From contig NZIQ01000003.1 in NCBI GenBank assembly GCA_002691685.1, forward strand, positions 1,226-65,225: DNA of 64,000 nucleotides, read 5' to 3'. This DNA is from Flavobacteriaceae bacterium (GTDB lineage Bacteria; Bacteroidota; Bacteroidia; Flavobacteriales; Flavobacteriaceae). The position numbers and the translations under genes are program-made. Shown here piece after piece: positions 47,416-57,336 of this stretch. The notes beneath the pieces were generated by a model, which was not told where the DNA came from, did not search any database, and worked only from the letters and a program-made list of their open reading frames with translations. Numbering within the stretch: the first letter of the stretch is position 1; each line of letters begins with the position of its first letter.

Positions 47416-47446
47416 AAAAGGATGGTACTATTACCGTCCTTTTTTC
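47416..47446 (+). terminator. Rho-independent terminator after the small ORF
   Basis: aggatggta-ctat-taccgtcct: a 9-bp stem with one G-U pair, flanked by an upstream AAAA and a downstream TTTTT. Confidence 0.6.
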
Positions 47447-47473
47447 GTTTACAGAAGTATATAAAAATCCTTT

Positions 47474-48061
47474 ATGCTTCGTAATAATTCTATTCAGGTA
47501 AAACACAAATTAATTATTGAATCATTTATTGTTTTTCTCATTCTGCTTGCTCCTTTCTTGTACAAGTTTCACACGTATTTACCGGATCAACCAGACGAGG
47601 TCCTAACTGTATTAGGTTTTACAATAGATAGTCATGGTTTTTATGATGTTGAAACATATGTGTGGTTTCTATTGAGTAAGTTCATTCCCTTTTACCTCAT
47701 TTTGATTTGGTTTTTGACTTGTAAACATTGGTGGTATCATATTTTACTTATCCCTTTAACTATGTATGCCTTCCAATTGTTCGAACTCTACTATTCAGCC
47801 GATGAATTTGTGGATACCAAAAATTTACTTTGGTTGTTGCCTATTTGTATGGTAATAATACCTCTTGTATATTTCATAAGAATACGTTTATACGATCGAT
47901 TTGTGCACGGAATTGATTTAGGTGTAATCGAGCAGGAATTAGACCTTATGAAAGAGAAAGAAGCACTAGAAAAAGAACGTGAAATTCTAAATATTCGTAA
48001 AGAACGCTATCTAAAATCTCGTTCAAAGAGTGAACGTATTTTGTTCGAAAAAAATGACTAA
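47474..48061 (+). CDS. Hypothetical membrane protein with C-terminal coiled-coil
   Basis: Four or five predicted TM helices and a charged tail (EQELDLMKEKEALEKEREILNIRKERYLK). Confidence 0.6.
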   Translation: MLRNNSIQVKHKLIIESFIVFLILLAPFLYKFHTYLPDQPDEVLTVLGFTIDSHGFYDVETYVWFLLSKFIPFYLILIWFLTCKHWWYHILLIPLTMYAFQLFELYYSADEFVDTKNLLWLLPICMVIIPLVYFIRIRLYDRFVHGIDLGVIEQELDLMKEKEALEKEREILNIRKERYLKSRSKSERILFEKND

Positions 48062-48085
48062 TTTCGATGGCATAATCGTTAAGAA

Positions 48086-49291
48086 TTGTCAGGAGATACA
48101 TTAGATCCAATTTTATTTCAAGACAAGGGTGTCCTTGCCCAAGAAGAACGTCTCGCCGTTCTTCAATCTTCCAAAAAACTTCATATTGGTATCCCGAGGG
48201 AACTTTTTTCTGAGGAAAATAGAATAGCCCTTACACCTTCCGGAGTGAAGTCTTTAGTTGAAAATGGTCATTTGGTTGTAATTGAAAGAGATGCGGGTTT
48301 GAACTCTCATTTTACGAATCAAATGTATGAAGATGCTGGAGCTAAAATAAGCAGTAATACAGATGAAGTTCTGTCTCATTCAATTATTTTAAAAATTTCG
48401 CCTCCTTCGGAAAAAGAGCTTCAAAAAATTAAACCAAATTCAACTATTTTTTCTGCATTACAAATCAACACACTTTCAGCTAAATCTCTTGAAATCATTC
48501 AAAGAAAGAAAATCGTAGCTTGTGCTTATGACTTTCTCAAGGATAATGAAAATAAATATCCTATTCTTGAGGTATTAGAAGAAATTTCTGGTTTGGCATC
48601 TATATTTTTAGCCGCTCAATTTTTATCAAGTGACAATCGTGGAAAAGGAATGTTATTTGGAAATATCTATGGCATACCCTCCACTAAAATGTGTATTATC
48701 GGAACAAATCAAGCAGCACTTACAGCCGCTAAATATGCATTGAATTTAGGAGTTTCAGTGTCTATTTTTGATCAATTAGTTTCAGGTTTACGCTCTGTAA
48801 GCACTCAATTGTCTTCACAAATTCAAACAGGAATATACAATAGTGAGGTGTTTAAAACTTCTATACGCTCAAGTGATGTTATTGTGGCTTCATCAAATAC
48901 GCAGAATTTAAAGGACATTATTATTTCTGAGGATTTGATCAAACAAATGAAACCAGGCTCGGTCGTAATTGACCTTACATTAGACAGAGGTGGTTGTGTA
49001 GAATCCATAGAGTTACAACCTAAAACTAATCCATATATTAAACATGATGTCATACATTATGGTATGTATAATTTGCCCTCAAATTATGCTCAAACCGCAT
49101 CTATTGGAATAAATAATGTATTGGTTCCTCTTTTAATGCAAATTGGTGTAGATGGTCATATCGAAAGCGCCCTTAGATTAAATGATGGTTTACGTGATAG
49201 TATTTTTTCTTATAAAGGATTGGTTACAAATGAACGCGTTGCTCGTTGGTTTGAAAAAAGATATAATGATATTAGATTATTGATGTATTAA
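48086..49291 (+). CDS. Alanine dehydrogenase / PNT-alpha family protein with a degenerate dinucleotide-binding loop
   Basis: AlaDH/PNT N-terminal pattern (IGIPRELFSEENRIALTP). At the position of the GxGxxG loop it reads IIGTNQAALTAA. The start is TTG, and there is a ~32-aa N-terminal extension. Confidence 0.65.
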   Translation: MSGDTLDPILFQDKGVLAQEERLAVLQSSKKLHIGIPRELFSEENRIALTPSGVKSLVENGHLVVIERDAGLNSHFTNQMYEDAGAKISSNTDEVLSHSIILKISPPSEKELQKIKPNSTIFSALQINTLSAKSLEIIQRKKIVACAYDFLKDNENKYPILEVLEEISGLASIFLAAQFLSSDNRGKGMLFGNIYGIPSTKMCIIGTNQAALTAAKYALNLGVSVSIFDQLVSGLRSVSTQLSSQIQTGIYNSEVFKTSIRSSDVIVASSNTQNLKDIIISEDLIKQMKPGSVVIDLTLDRGGCVESIELQPKTNPYIKHDVIHYGMYNLPSNYAQTASIGINNVLVPLLMQIGVDGHIESALRLNDGLRDSIFSYKGLVTNERVARWFEKRYNDIRLLMY

Positions 49292-49615
49292 ATGAAAAAA
49301 GTCTTCCTAAAACGCTTGCTCTACTTTTTTATTGGTCTTTTTTTCGGTCTATTGTTTTTAAATTTTATCATTGATCAAAAAACAGATGGAAAAGGAATAG
49401 ATTACTGTTATTTTCCTAATTGTAGAGTTTTAAAAGATTTAAGAAAAAATAGCGATGTGGCTCCCTTTATAAAAGATAGTGTTCTCGTTGAAGGTAAGGT
49501 GATATTTAATAAAAGTGAAATTAGATCAACCCCTTGCCAACTATATGTAGTTGAGTATGCTTATGAAGAGTATCGCTTTGAACGTTGCGATAGCCTTACA
49601 AAATACTTAGAGTAA
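49292..49615 (+). CDS. Hypothetical membrane-anchored protein
   Basis: N-terminal TM helix. Its ATG directly abuts the preceding stop codon. Confidence 0.5.
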   Translation: MKKVFLKRLLYFFIGLFFGLLFLNFIIDQKTDGKGIDYCYFPNCRVLKDLRKNSDVAPFIKDSVLVEGKVIFNKSEIRSTPCQLYVVEYAYEEYRFERCDSLTKYLE

Positions 49616-50773
49616 TTTTCTTCGTGATCTCTCTTTTTTAATCAGTTCAAGTTCTCGGTTTGTTTGCCCAGCAACTGAGGTATTTTCTTCAGCACGTCTT
49701 ATGAGATATGGCATCACATCTTTGACAGGTCCGTAAGGAATGTATTTGCTCACATTATAACCATTTTTGGCTAAGTTGAAAGAAATGTGATCACTCATGC
49801 CGTATAATTGGCCAAACCAAATGTGTTTGTGATCTGAAGGGATATTGTATTCTTCCATATAGTTTAAAACTAATAAGGTACTGTGTTCATTATGTGAACC
49901 AACAAAAATAGAAGCCTTTTCTATATGATTTAAAATAAATCGTGCACCCTTATCAAAATTGAGATCTGTTTCTTTTTTATCCTCACAAATAGGTGAATTA
50001 TACCCTTTTTCGCTTGCTCTTTTTCGTTCTTTTTCCATGTAAGCCCCTCGAACAAGCTTAATACCAGGTAAAAAATTATATCGACTGGCTAAATCAAAGA
50101 GTTTTTCTAAATCTTTCATTTTATCCCATCGATACATTTGATAAGTGTTGTAAACTATGGGTTGCTCAGTGTTATAGGTTTTCATCATTTGCAGGCAAAG
50201 ATCATCAGCCGCCTGTTGCAACCAACTTTCTTCTGCATCTACTAACAACTTAATATTTAATTCTCTTGCCTTTGAACACAAGGTGTGATAGCGGTCAGTA
50301 ATGCGATTGTAAGCATTTTTTTCAGACTCGTTTAAATCACTATTTTGACTCACCTTGTAAAATAAATCTGAAGAGCCTAATGCTGTAGGCTTGAAAACTG
50401 CGAATGGAATTTCCTCTCTAGATTTAATAAATGAAAGGATTTCTAAATTCTTTTCAACGGCCAAATCAAATTGATTTTCTTCAACCTTACCTTCTACGGA
50501 ATAATCTAAAATTGATTGCACACCGTAAGACCCTAGTTCCTTTATGATTTGTAGACAATCCTCTTCATTTACCCCGCCACAAAAATGATCAAAGACTGTA
50601 GCTCTTATAAGTCCTTCGACTGGTAATTGTGCATTGAGCGCAAAATTTGTTGCCGCTGTTCCTATTTTTACTAGAGGTTCATTGCTAATTAACTTAAATA
50701 AAAAATAGGCTCGATCCAGAGCAGCATCATTTTTCATTTGAAAGGCAATTGCCGTGTTATCAAAATTTACCAT
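49607..50773 (-). CDS. Proline dehydrogenase (stand-alone PRODH)
   Basis: TIM-barrel PRODH pattern with VRGAY…E, FGQLYGMSD and YIPYGPVKDVMPYLIRRAEEN. Confidence 0.85.
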   Translation of the reverse strand: MVNFDNTAIAFQMKNDAALDRAYFLFKLISNEPLVKIGTAATNFALNAQLPVEGLIRATVFDHFCGGVNEEDCLQIIKELGSYGVQSILDYSVEGKVEENQFDLAVEKNLEILSFIKSREEIPFAVFKPTALGSSDLFYKVSQNSDLNESEKNAYNRITDRYHTLCSKARELNIKLLVDAEESWLQQAADDLCLQMMKTYNTEQPIVYNTYQMYRWDKMKDLEKLFDLASRYNFLPGIKLVRGAYMEKERKRASEKGYNSPICEDKKETDLNFDKGARFILNHIEKASIFVGSHNEHSTLLVLNYMEEYNIPSDHKHIWFGQLYGMSDHISFNLAKNGYNVSKYIPYGPVKDVMPYLIRRAEENTSVAGQTNRELELIKKERSRRKLL

Positions 50774-50848
50774 TCTTTTGCCTTAATTTGTATTACAAAA
50801 ATAAATCTTGCTGATTGATTTCAATCACATAAGATCATGTAAATTACT

Positions 50849-51907
50849 ATGGATCATATCTCTTCATCATCCTATGATGTTTATTTTGAGCATCAGGCAC
50901 AATTAGAATTGAAAAAATTGACTTCTCACAATTATTATTCATCTTATTTTGTTTTAGTTGATGAGAACACAAAGCAATACTGTTTAGAACAATTTGAGGC
51001 ACTTACATCAACCTCTTTTTCGTACATCTGTATTGAGATTTCTTCGGGAGAAGAATATAAAAATATCGATAGTTGTAAGCAGGTGTGGCATATTTTAACA
51101 GAAAATAATGCAGATAGAAAATCGTTATTGATTAATTTGGGAGGTGGTGTTCTAACAGATTTAGGCGGCTTTTGTGCAGCAACTTATAAAAGAGGAATTG
51201 ACTTTGTAAATATCCCTACCACTTTACTTTCAATGGTTGATGCAGCTGTTGGTGGTAAAACTGGTATTGATTTTCAAGGATTAAAAAATCATATAGGTGT
51301 TTTTTGCAACGCTAGAATGACATTAGTCATGTCATCCTTCTTAGAAACCTTGGATCAGCGTCAAATTAATAATGGTATGGCTGAAATGATTAAGCATGGC
51401 CTAATCTACGATGAACCGCATTTTTATGAGGTAATTAAAGATTTAAATGCTTTTCGAAAACTGATTGCCCGATCCGTTTACGTCAAACATCGCGTTGTTA
51501 CTGAGGATCCTAAAGAAGGTGGCTTACGTAAGATTTTGAACTTTGGACATACTTTAGGTCATGCCATAGAGACCTATATGATGGAGGAGCGTAATAAAGA
51601 AACACTTTTCCACGGCGAGGCCATAGGAATTGGAATGATTCTCGAGGCTTACTTATCTTTTAAATTAAATAAACTCTTAGAAAGAGATTTGAAATTAATT
51701 ACCAAAAGTATATTACCGCTGTATGATAAAGTGATTTTCAAAGCAGAAGACATTAAAGAGATTCTTAAATTAAGTCTTCATGACAAAAAAAACAAAAAAG
51801 GTAAAGTTATGTTTGTTTTATTAGAGGGTATAGGTAAAGCAAGCTACGATATTGAAGTAGAAAAAGATTTTATTTTAGAAGCCTTTGATTATTATCAAAA
51901 GGTTTGA
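50849..51907 (+). CDS. aroB: 3-dehydroquinate synthase
   Basis: LGGGVLTDLGGFCAATYKRGI, PTTLLSMVDAAVGGKTGI and NFGHTLGHAIE motifs. Confidence 0.92.
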   Translation: MDHISSSSYDVYFEHQAQLELKKLTSHNYYSSYFVLVDENTKQYCLEQFEALTSTSFSYICIEISSGEEYKNIDSCKQVWHILTENNADRKSLLINLGGGVLTDLGGFCAATYKRGIDFVNIPTTLLSMVDAAVGGKTGIDFQGLKNHIGVFCNARMTLVMSSFLETLDQRQINNGMAEMIKHGLIYDEPHFYEVIKDLNAFRKLIARSVYVKHRVVTEDPKEGGLRKILNFGHTLGHAIETYMMEERNKETLFHGEAIGIGMILEAYLSFKLNKLLERDLKLITKSILPLYDKVIFKAEDIKEILKLSLHDKKNKKGKVMFVLLEGIGKASYDIEVEKDFILEAFDYYQKV

Positions 51908-51942
51908 TGTAAAAATTTTACAAGGAAAACTGAATCTTTAAG

Positions 51943-52425
51943 TTATAATTCATTGAATATAGTATGCATTAAGCGGCGTTTATCGTTAATGCTTTCTTCC
52001 AAGGATATCATTGTTTCTGTTCTACTTACACCTTCAATGTCATCAATTTTAAAAATAATATTCTTAGCATGCGTAGTATCTTTAGCACGAATTTTACAGA
52101 AAATATTAAATTTCCCAGTGGTTATATGCGCAACAGTTACATAGGCGATGTTACTTAGACGTTCAAGAACAAATTTCGTTTGATGTGTTTTTTCTAAAAA
52201 AATACCAACATAAGCTATGAAAGAGTAACCTAGCTTTTGATAATCTAGGGTTAAAGAGGACCCTTTAATTATATTAGCCTCTTCCATTTTCTTCACACGA
52301 ACGTGCACAGTCCCTGCTGAAATAAGTAGTTTTTTTGCAATGTCCGTAAAGGGAGTTCTCGTGTTTTCAATAAGCATATCGAGAATCTGATGGTCTAAAT
52401 CGTCTAATTTAACTTTCCCCGCCAT
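51943..52425 (-). CDS. Lrp/AsnC-family transcriptional regulator
   Basis: LDDLDHQILDMLIENTRTPFTDIAKKLLISAGTVHVRVKKMEE HTH, plus a RAM/ACT-like C-terminal domain. Confidence 0.88.
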   Translation of the reverse strand: MAGKVKLDDLDHQILDMLIENTRTPFTDIAKKLLISAGTVHVRVKKMEEANIIKGSSLTLDYQKLGYSFIAYVGIFLEKTHQTKFVLERLSNIAYVTVAHITTGKFNIFCKIRAKDTTHAKNIIFKIDDIEGVSRTETMISLEESINDKRRLMHTIFNEL

Positions 52426-52496
52426 TTTTTATATTTTCAACAAAATTAACAATATCAAATGATTTACTGAAATTTATTTAACTATATCGAATGATT

Positions 52497-53558
52497 TTAA
52501 ATAATACCGTAATATTTTATTTGATTTCTTCTAAAATTTAAATGTTGTTTAGCGCGTTCTTCTGTTAGCACCGAAGCTTGAAATACAAGATTTGTAACGT
52601 ATGATTCTTTATTTAGGTTTAAGAATTCAGGTCTAAAATTTAAAAATCCACCTTGTTTTTCGATAATATATCGTACTCCTATAATTTTAGTCTCAAAAAT
52701 CAATATCTCGTCGTAAAACCTTTTTGAATTTTCTGGAAGTTCTTGATATTTTTTTACTACAAGGTTATTTTCAACTTGTTGGAAATCTATCTCAGCTAAT
52801 GCACTAATAGCTTGTTCAAGAGAATTATTGATATACTTTCTTGTTTTTTCTCTAGTGTAATCGCTTTTACAATGTCCTGCTTCTATCAATACTGTAGGAG
52901 TATGTAATGATTGAAAATAATCTCCGGTACAATTGATGTTAAATTCATCTTCATACCGAGCTATATTGGACTTTATATCGTCTGGAAGTCCTCGAATTAT
53001 AGTTGTAATTAAAAAAGCTGATTTAATTCTAGAGGTTGTCCAACTCTTATCGACATCGGCTGAAGGACTTAAAAAAGAAAGACTTGCACTTTGATCTGTA
53101 TCCCCTACAGTGTACATATTGCGCTGATCGTGCAAATTAAAGCAGTAATTCGGTTTGAACTCTCGATATTTTCGATGTAATACTTGCATTTCTAATTGAG
53201 ATGAGTTGTATGCGTCCCTATTTAAATCCACATTGTTAGCATTGACTCTGGTATAATTGAATGCGCCATCTGGATTTAGGATGGGTATGATTAATAGTTC
53301 AAATTGATTCATCCAATTCACACTTGACTTAAAACTATTCGCGAAGTCTAGTACTGCTTTGGTAGTGGTAGACTCATCTCCATGCATTTGTGACCACATC
53401 AAAATCTTAGTGATTCCCTCGCCTATTTTTAGCGCATATATAGGTCTTTTTTCTTCTGAAAAACCTATGACTTGGTAATCCTGACGAAAATATTTTTTCA
53501 AAACAGGCTCTAAATGGGCATTATTGATGTATCTACCTTTTAATTCTTTGATTTGCAT
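52497..53558 (-). CDS. M14-family metallocarboxypeptidase, apparently cytoplasmic (no signal peptide)
   Basis: WSQMHGDESTTTKA (HxxE), NPDG, DLNRD and a late IEAGH motif. There is no N-terminal hydrophobic signal. Confidence 0.75.
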   Translation of the reverse strand: MQIKELKGRYINNAHLEPVLKKYFRQDYQVIGFSEEKRPIYALKIGEGITKILMWSQMHGDESTTTKAVLDFANSFKSSVNWMNQFELLIIPILNPDGAFNYTRVNANNVDLNRDAYNSSQLEMQVLHRKYREFKPNYCFNLHDQRNMYTVGDTDQSASLSFLSPSADVDKSWTTSRIKSAFLITTIIRGLPDDIKSNIARYEDEFNINCTGDYFQSLHTPTVLIEAGHCKSDYTREKTRKYINNSLEQAISALAEIDFQQVENNLVVKKYQELPENSKRFYDEILIFETKIIGVRYIIEKQGGFLNFRPEFLNLNKESYVTNLVFQASVLTEERAKQHLNFRRNQIKYYGII

Positions 53559-53591
53559 GTATCTTTATGGCTGATTTAATGGATTTTTGCT

Positions 53592-53972
53592 ATGAATTGG
53601 AAACATCTACTTTATTCTCTATATGCTCTACTGTGCTTGAGCTGTGCAAGTGGTCCAAATCGAGAATGTTCTCAGTACAAAAATGGGGAATTTATATTTA
53701 AAACAGTGTTGAATGGGGATTTACAAGAATCTACATTTAAACGTTTTGGAGCATTAGAAATTGATGACTATAACGGAAAAATAGATTCGGCTAGTGTAAA
53801 ATGGATTAACGACTGTGAGTATATACTCAAAAGTCTTAACCCTAAGTCAATGGCAGAAAAAAAGCCGTTACATTTTAAGATTTTGAGTACAACAGATAGT
53901 TCCTATACCTTTGAGTATGGTCTTTTAAGTGCTGAAAATCGACTTATAGGAACTGCTGTCAAACTGAAATAG
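53592..53972 (+). CDS. Hypothetical lipoprotein
   Basis: Signal peptide with the lipobox-like LLCLSC. Confidence 0.55.
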   Translation: MNWKHLLYSLYALLCLSCASGPNRECSQYKNGEFIFKTVLNGDLQESTFKRFGALEIDDYNGKIDSASVKWINDCEYILKSLNPKSMAEKKPLHFKILSTTDSSYTFEYGLLSAENRLIGTAVKLK

Positions 53973-53981
53973 TACTTTATT

Positions 53982-54776
53982 ATGTTCGAAATCTTATCTT
54001 CTATAGACGCCTGGGTTGCTTTAATTACACTTATTTTTCTTGAAATTGTTCTCGGAATAGACAACATCATTTTTATTTCAATATCAGCAAATAAACTTGA
54101 TACAAATCAGCGAAAATCAGCTACAAATATTGGACTTCTTTTAGCTATGTTGATGCGAATTATCCTCTTATTTGGAATAGGATATTTAACTTCTTTAAAT
54201 AAGGCGTTTTGGTCTGTCGAAACAAGTTGGATTACTGGTACAGTCAGCGGACAAGCATTAATTTTATTTATCGGTGGAATATTTTTACTCTACAAAAGTA
54301 CAAAAGAAATACGTGAAAAAGTAGAGCATTCATCCCTCGTTGAAAAAGAGGCGGCTTCGACAAACAAAAATACATTTACTAGTGCCATCGTTCAAATTAC
54401 TATTATAAATGTGGTTTTTTCATTGGACTCTATATTAACGGCTATTGGAATGACCAACAATATTTCAGAGAATCCAAATGATGCTTTGTTGTTGATGATT
54501 ATTGCGGTGATTTTGTCAGTACTGATTATGATGTTATTTGCAAACCCGGTTGGTGCATTTGTTTCAAAACATCCTTCAATTCAAATTTTAGGGCTTTCTT
54601 TTCTGTTACTTATTGGATTTATGTTAATCACAGAAGCAGCTCACCTTTCTCATTTGATTGTTTTTAAACAAGAAATAGGAAGTGTTCCTAAAGGATACCT
54701 CTACTTTGCAATTTGTTTTTCACTTTTGGTTGAGTTTCTCGATATGCGAATGAAACGCAATAAAAATAAACTATAA
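53982..54776 (+). CDS. TerC-family integral membrane protein
   Basis: EIVLGIDNIIFISI and SLDSILTAIG motifs in two halves of a polytopic protein. Confidence 0.85.
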   Translation: MFEILSSIDAWVALITLIFLEIVLGIDNIIFISISANKLDTNQRKSATNIGLLLAMLMRIILLFGIGYLTSLNKAFWSVETSWITGTVSGQALILFIGGIFLLYKSTKEIREKVEHSSLVEKEAASTNKNTFTSAIVQITIINVVFSLDSILTAIGMTNNISENPNDALLLMIIAVILSVLIMMLFANPVGAFVSKHPSIQILGLSFLLLIGFMLITEAAHLSHLIVFKQEIGSVPKGYLYFAICFSLLVEFLDMRMKRNKNKL

Positions 54777-54780
54777 CCCC

Positions 54781-57336
54781 TTAGAATAACTTAAGGTTAA
54801 AGTCTTCAGAATTAGAGTTAGTGGGTTTTACTTCTTTATGCTCGTAAGGCAGTGCTTTTACTTTAATCTCCAAAATAGCATTTTTGGTAAGTTGATTCCC
54901 GAGTGCCTTGTGGCTTTTAATAGCAATAAAGTCATTGAGATCGAAATATTCATTTGGTATTCTGTCTTGACCCCTTTTCTTTTGATATATTATTTCAATT
55001 TCAGGTCTCCATTGATAGGCCACTTGAATTAATTTCGTCTTGTAATGTTCCGTAACAAGAAGTTCTTCTTTATCAAGAATATCAAAATTGAATCGTTTAA
55101 CAAAATAGCGCTCTCTTTGTCCATCGAAGTAAATGATTGAAATCGGTTTATGGTCTACAAACTTATCTACTAGGGCGTATTGTTCCATATCGATTCTAAG
55201 ATTTAAGTCTGGTGTAATTCTTTTAACAGTTCCATCATTTGAAATTAACAGAATAGTATCCTTAGGAGTAAAAGAACCCAATAGATCGCCTCTTTCATCT
55301 ACGTTTAGTCTACCCACAATTTTGTCATACCAAATTTTTCTTGGTTTTAATGTTGAGATGCCTTTTTCACGGAAATCTACTCTCTTTACCGGTAGTTTTG
55401 ATACTATATTTCCTCTGACATTTCGCCCTTTGACGGCTAAATCAGCGAAATCTAATTCCCAGTTTAATTTTTTGACACTTCCTGTTTTTCTCAAATGAAT
55501 CATCACTTTTTCAGCTTCACCATTAGGATTAGCCGTAAAATATAGTATAGAGGTGTTTTTTTGATCACCACATAAATTATATTTTTTATCTCTTGTAACA
55601 GAAGTAACAGTAAACCTTTTGATATAGGTAATCCCTTTGTGCACCTTGTAAATCATGTTATACACTGTTCTCGAATCTTTCTTTTTGAAAACGGCAACGT
55701 GAATTATTTCTTTTCCAACAAACACTTTGGAATCTACTTTAGTGACCATCATTTTTCCGTCAGCCGTAAAAACAATGATGTCATCAATATCACTACAATC
55801 GGTTACGTATTCATTCTTTTTCAAGGACGTTCCAATAAATCCTTCTTCTCGATTGACATAAAGTTTAGTGTTTCGTATGACCACCTTGGTGGCTTCAATA
55901 TCATCAAAAACCTTTATTTCACTTTTGCGAACTCTTTCTTTACCGTACTTCTTTTTAAGCTGGGTAAAATAATCAATACTATAGTCTATAATATGGGCTA
56001 AATCATTTAGAACTTTTTGTAATTCATCATCTAAATTTTCTATATACAGAGCAGCTTTATCCAAATCAAATTTGGAGATGCGCTTAATTCTAATTTCAGT
56101 CAGCCGAACAATATCTTCAGTGGTAACTTTTCTTTTTAAGTTTTTAATATGTGGCTTCAGTCCATTATCAATTGCGGATATTACCCCTTCCCATGTTTCT
56201 TCTTCTTCAATATCTCGATAAATTCGATGTTCAATAAATATTTTTTCTAGTGATGCAAAATGCCATTGCTCTTCTAATTCACTAATTCTAATATTCAATT
56301 CATGCTTGAGCAAATCAACCGTATGATCTGTTGAGCGTTCAAGTATTGTCTTTACAGTGATAAAAGCAGGTTTATTGTCTTCAATGATGCATGCTAAGGG
56401 TGAAATTGACATTTCACAGTTGGTAAAGGCATAAAGTGCATCAATGGTTTTATCTGGAGAAATATTATTAGGAAGATGAACTAAAATTTCTACATCCGCC
56501 GCAGTATTGTCTTCAATTTTTTTGATTTTAATTTTTCCACGATCATTGGCCTTTAAAATAGAATCAATCAAAGAACTCGTATTTGTTCCGTAAGGTATTT
56601 CCTTTATAACCAAGGTAGTCTTGTCTAAAACCTCTATTCGTGCTCGAACTCTTACCTTTCCTCCTCGAAGACCTTCGTTATAATTGGTTACATCAATGAT
56701 ACCACTTGTTGGAAAATCTGGATAGAGTTCAAAGGACTTGCCTTTTAGGTAGTTGATACTTGCCTGTATGAGTTCATTAAAATTATGAGGCAATATTTTA
56801 GTCGATAAACCAACAGCTATGCCTTCTGCTCCTTGAGCGAGTACTAATGGAAATTTAACAGGTAGGTGAATAGGTTCTTTTTTTCGACCGTCATATGAGA
56901 GTTGCCAGTCCGTAATTTTAGGACTAAATACCACATCTATCGCAAATTTTGAAAGCCTAGCTTCAATATATCTAGAAGCTGCAGCACTGTCTCCTGTTAA
57001 GATATTCCCCCAATTTCCTTGAGTGTCAATGAGTAAATTTTTTTGACCTATTTGAACCATAGCATCTGCTATACTAGCATCACCATGTGGGTGATATTGC
57101 ATGGTATGGCCCACCACATTTGCTACTTTGTTATAGCGTCCGTCATCTAATTCCTTTAAAGCGTGCAAAATTCTTCGTTGTACAGGTTTGAAACCGTCCT
57201 CAATAGACGGTACTGCCCGCTCTAATATTACATAAGAGGCATAATCAAGAAACCAATCTTGATACATTCCACTGACTGTGATAAGACGATCTTCGTTATT
57301 TTGACTGTTTTGCAATTCTTCGTTTTCTTCGATCAT
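54781..57336 (-). CDS. parC: DNA topoisomerase IV subunit A (type IIA topoisomerase A subunit)
   Basis: [18 protein letters not shown] and [11 protein letters not shown] (catalytic Tyr) motifs. ATGA overlap with the upstream B subunit. The ParC rather than GyrA assignment rests on adjacency to a 616-aa B subunit, as is usual in Bacteroidota. Confidence 0.75.
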   Translation of the reverse strand: MIEENEELQNSQNNEDRLITVSGMYQDWFLDYASYVILERAVPSIEDGFKPVQRRILHALKELDDGRYNKVANVVGHTMQYHPHGDASIADAMVQIGQKNLLIDTQGNWGNILTGDSAAASRYIEARLSKFAIDVVFSPKITDWQLSYDGRKKEPIHLPVKFPLVLAQGAEGIAVGLSTKILPHNFNELIQASINYLKGKSFELYPDFPTSGIIDVTNYNEGLRGGKVRVRARIEVLDKTTLVIKEIPYGTNTSSLIDSILKANDRGKIKIKKIEDNTAADVEILVHLPNNISPDKTIDALYAFTNCEMSISPLACIIEDNKPAFITVKTILERSTDHTVDLLKHELNIRISELEEQWHFASLEKIFIEHRIYRDIEEEETWEGVISAIDNGLKPHIKNLKRKVTTEDIVRLTEIRIKRISKFDLDKAALYIENLDDELQKVLNDLAHIIDYSIDYFTQLKKKYGKERVRKSEIKVFDDIEATKVVIRNTKLYVNREEGFIGTSLKKNEYVTDCSDIDDIIVFTADGKMMVTKVDSKVFVGKEIIHVAVFKKKDSRTVYNMIYKVHKGITYIKRFTVTSVTRDKKYNLCGDQKNTSILYFTANPNGEAEKVMIHLRKTGSVKKLNWELDFADLAVKGRNVRGNIVSKLPVKRVDFREKGISTLKPRKIWYDKIVGRLNVDERGDLLGSFTPKDTILLISNDGTVKRITPDLNLRIDMEQYALVDKFVDHKPISIIYFDGQRERYFVKRFNFDILDKEELLVTEHYKTKLIQVAYQWRPEIEIIYQKKRGQDRIPNEYFDLNDFIAIKSHKALGNQLTKNAILEIKVKALPYEHKEVKPTNSNSEDFNLKLF

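Noticed and set aside
51908-51922. Palindrome tgtaaaa-a-ttttaca directly after the aroB stop, between convergent aroB and the Lrp/AsnC gene.
   Set aside because: As a hairpin the loop would be too small and the stem is nearly all A/T. It may be a weak bidirectional terminator or a binding site, but I cannot support either.
53973-53981. Expected a yybP-ykoY (Mn2+) riboswitch upstream of the TerC-family gene.
   Set aside because: Only 9 nt separate TerC from the preceding lipoprotein ORF. The 33-nt gap before that ORF is too short for the riboswitch.
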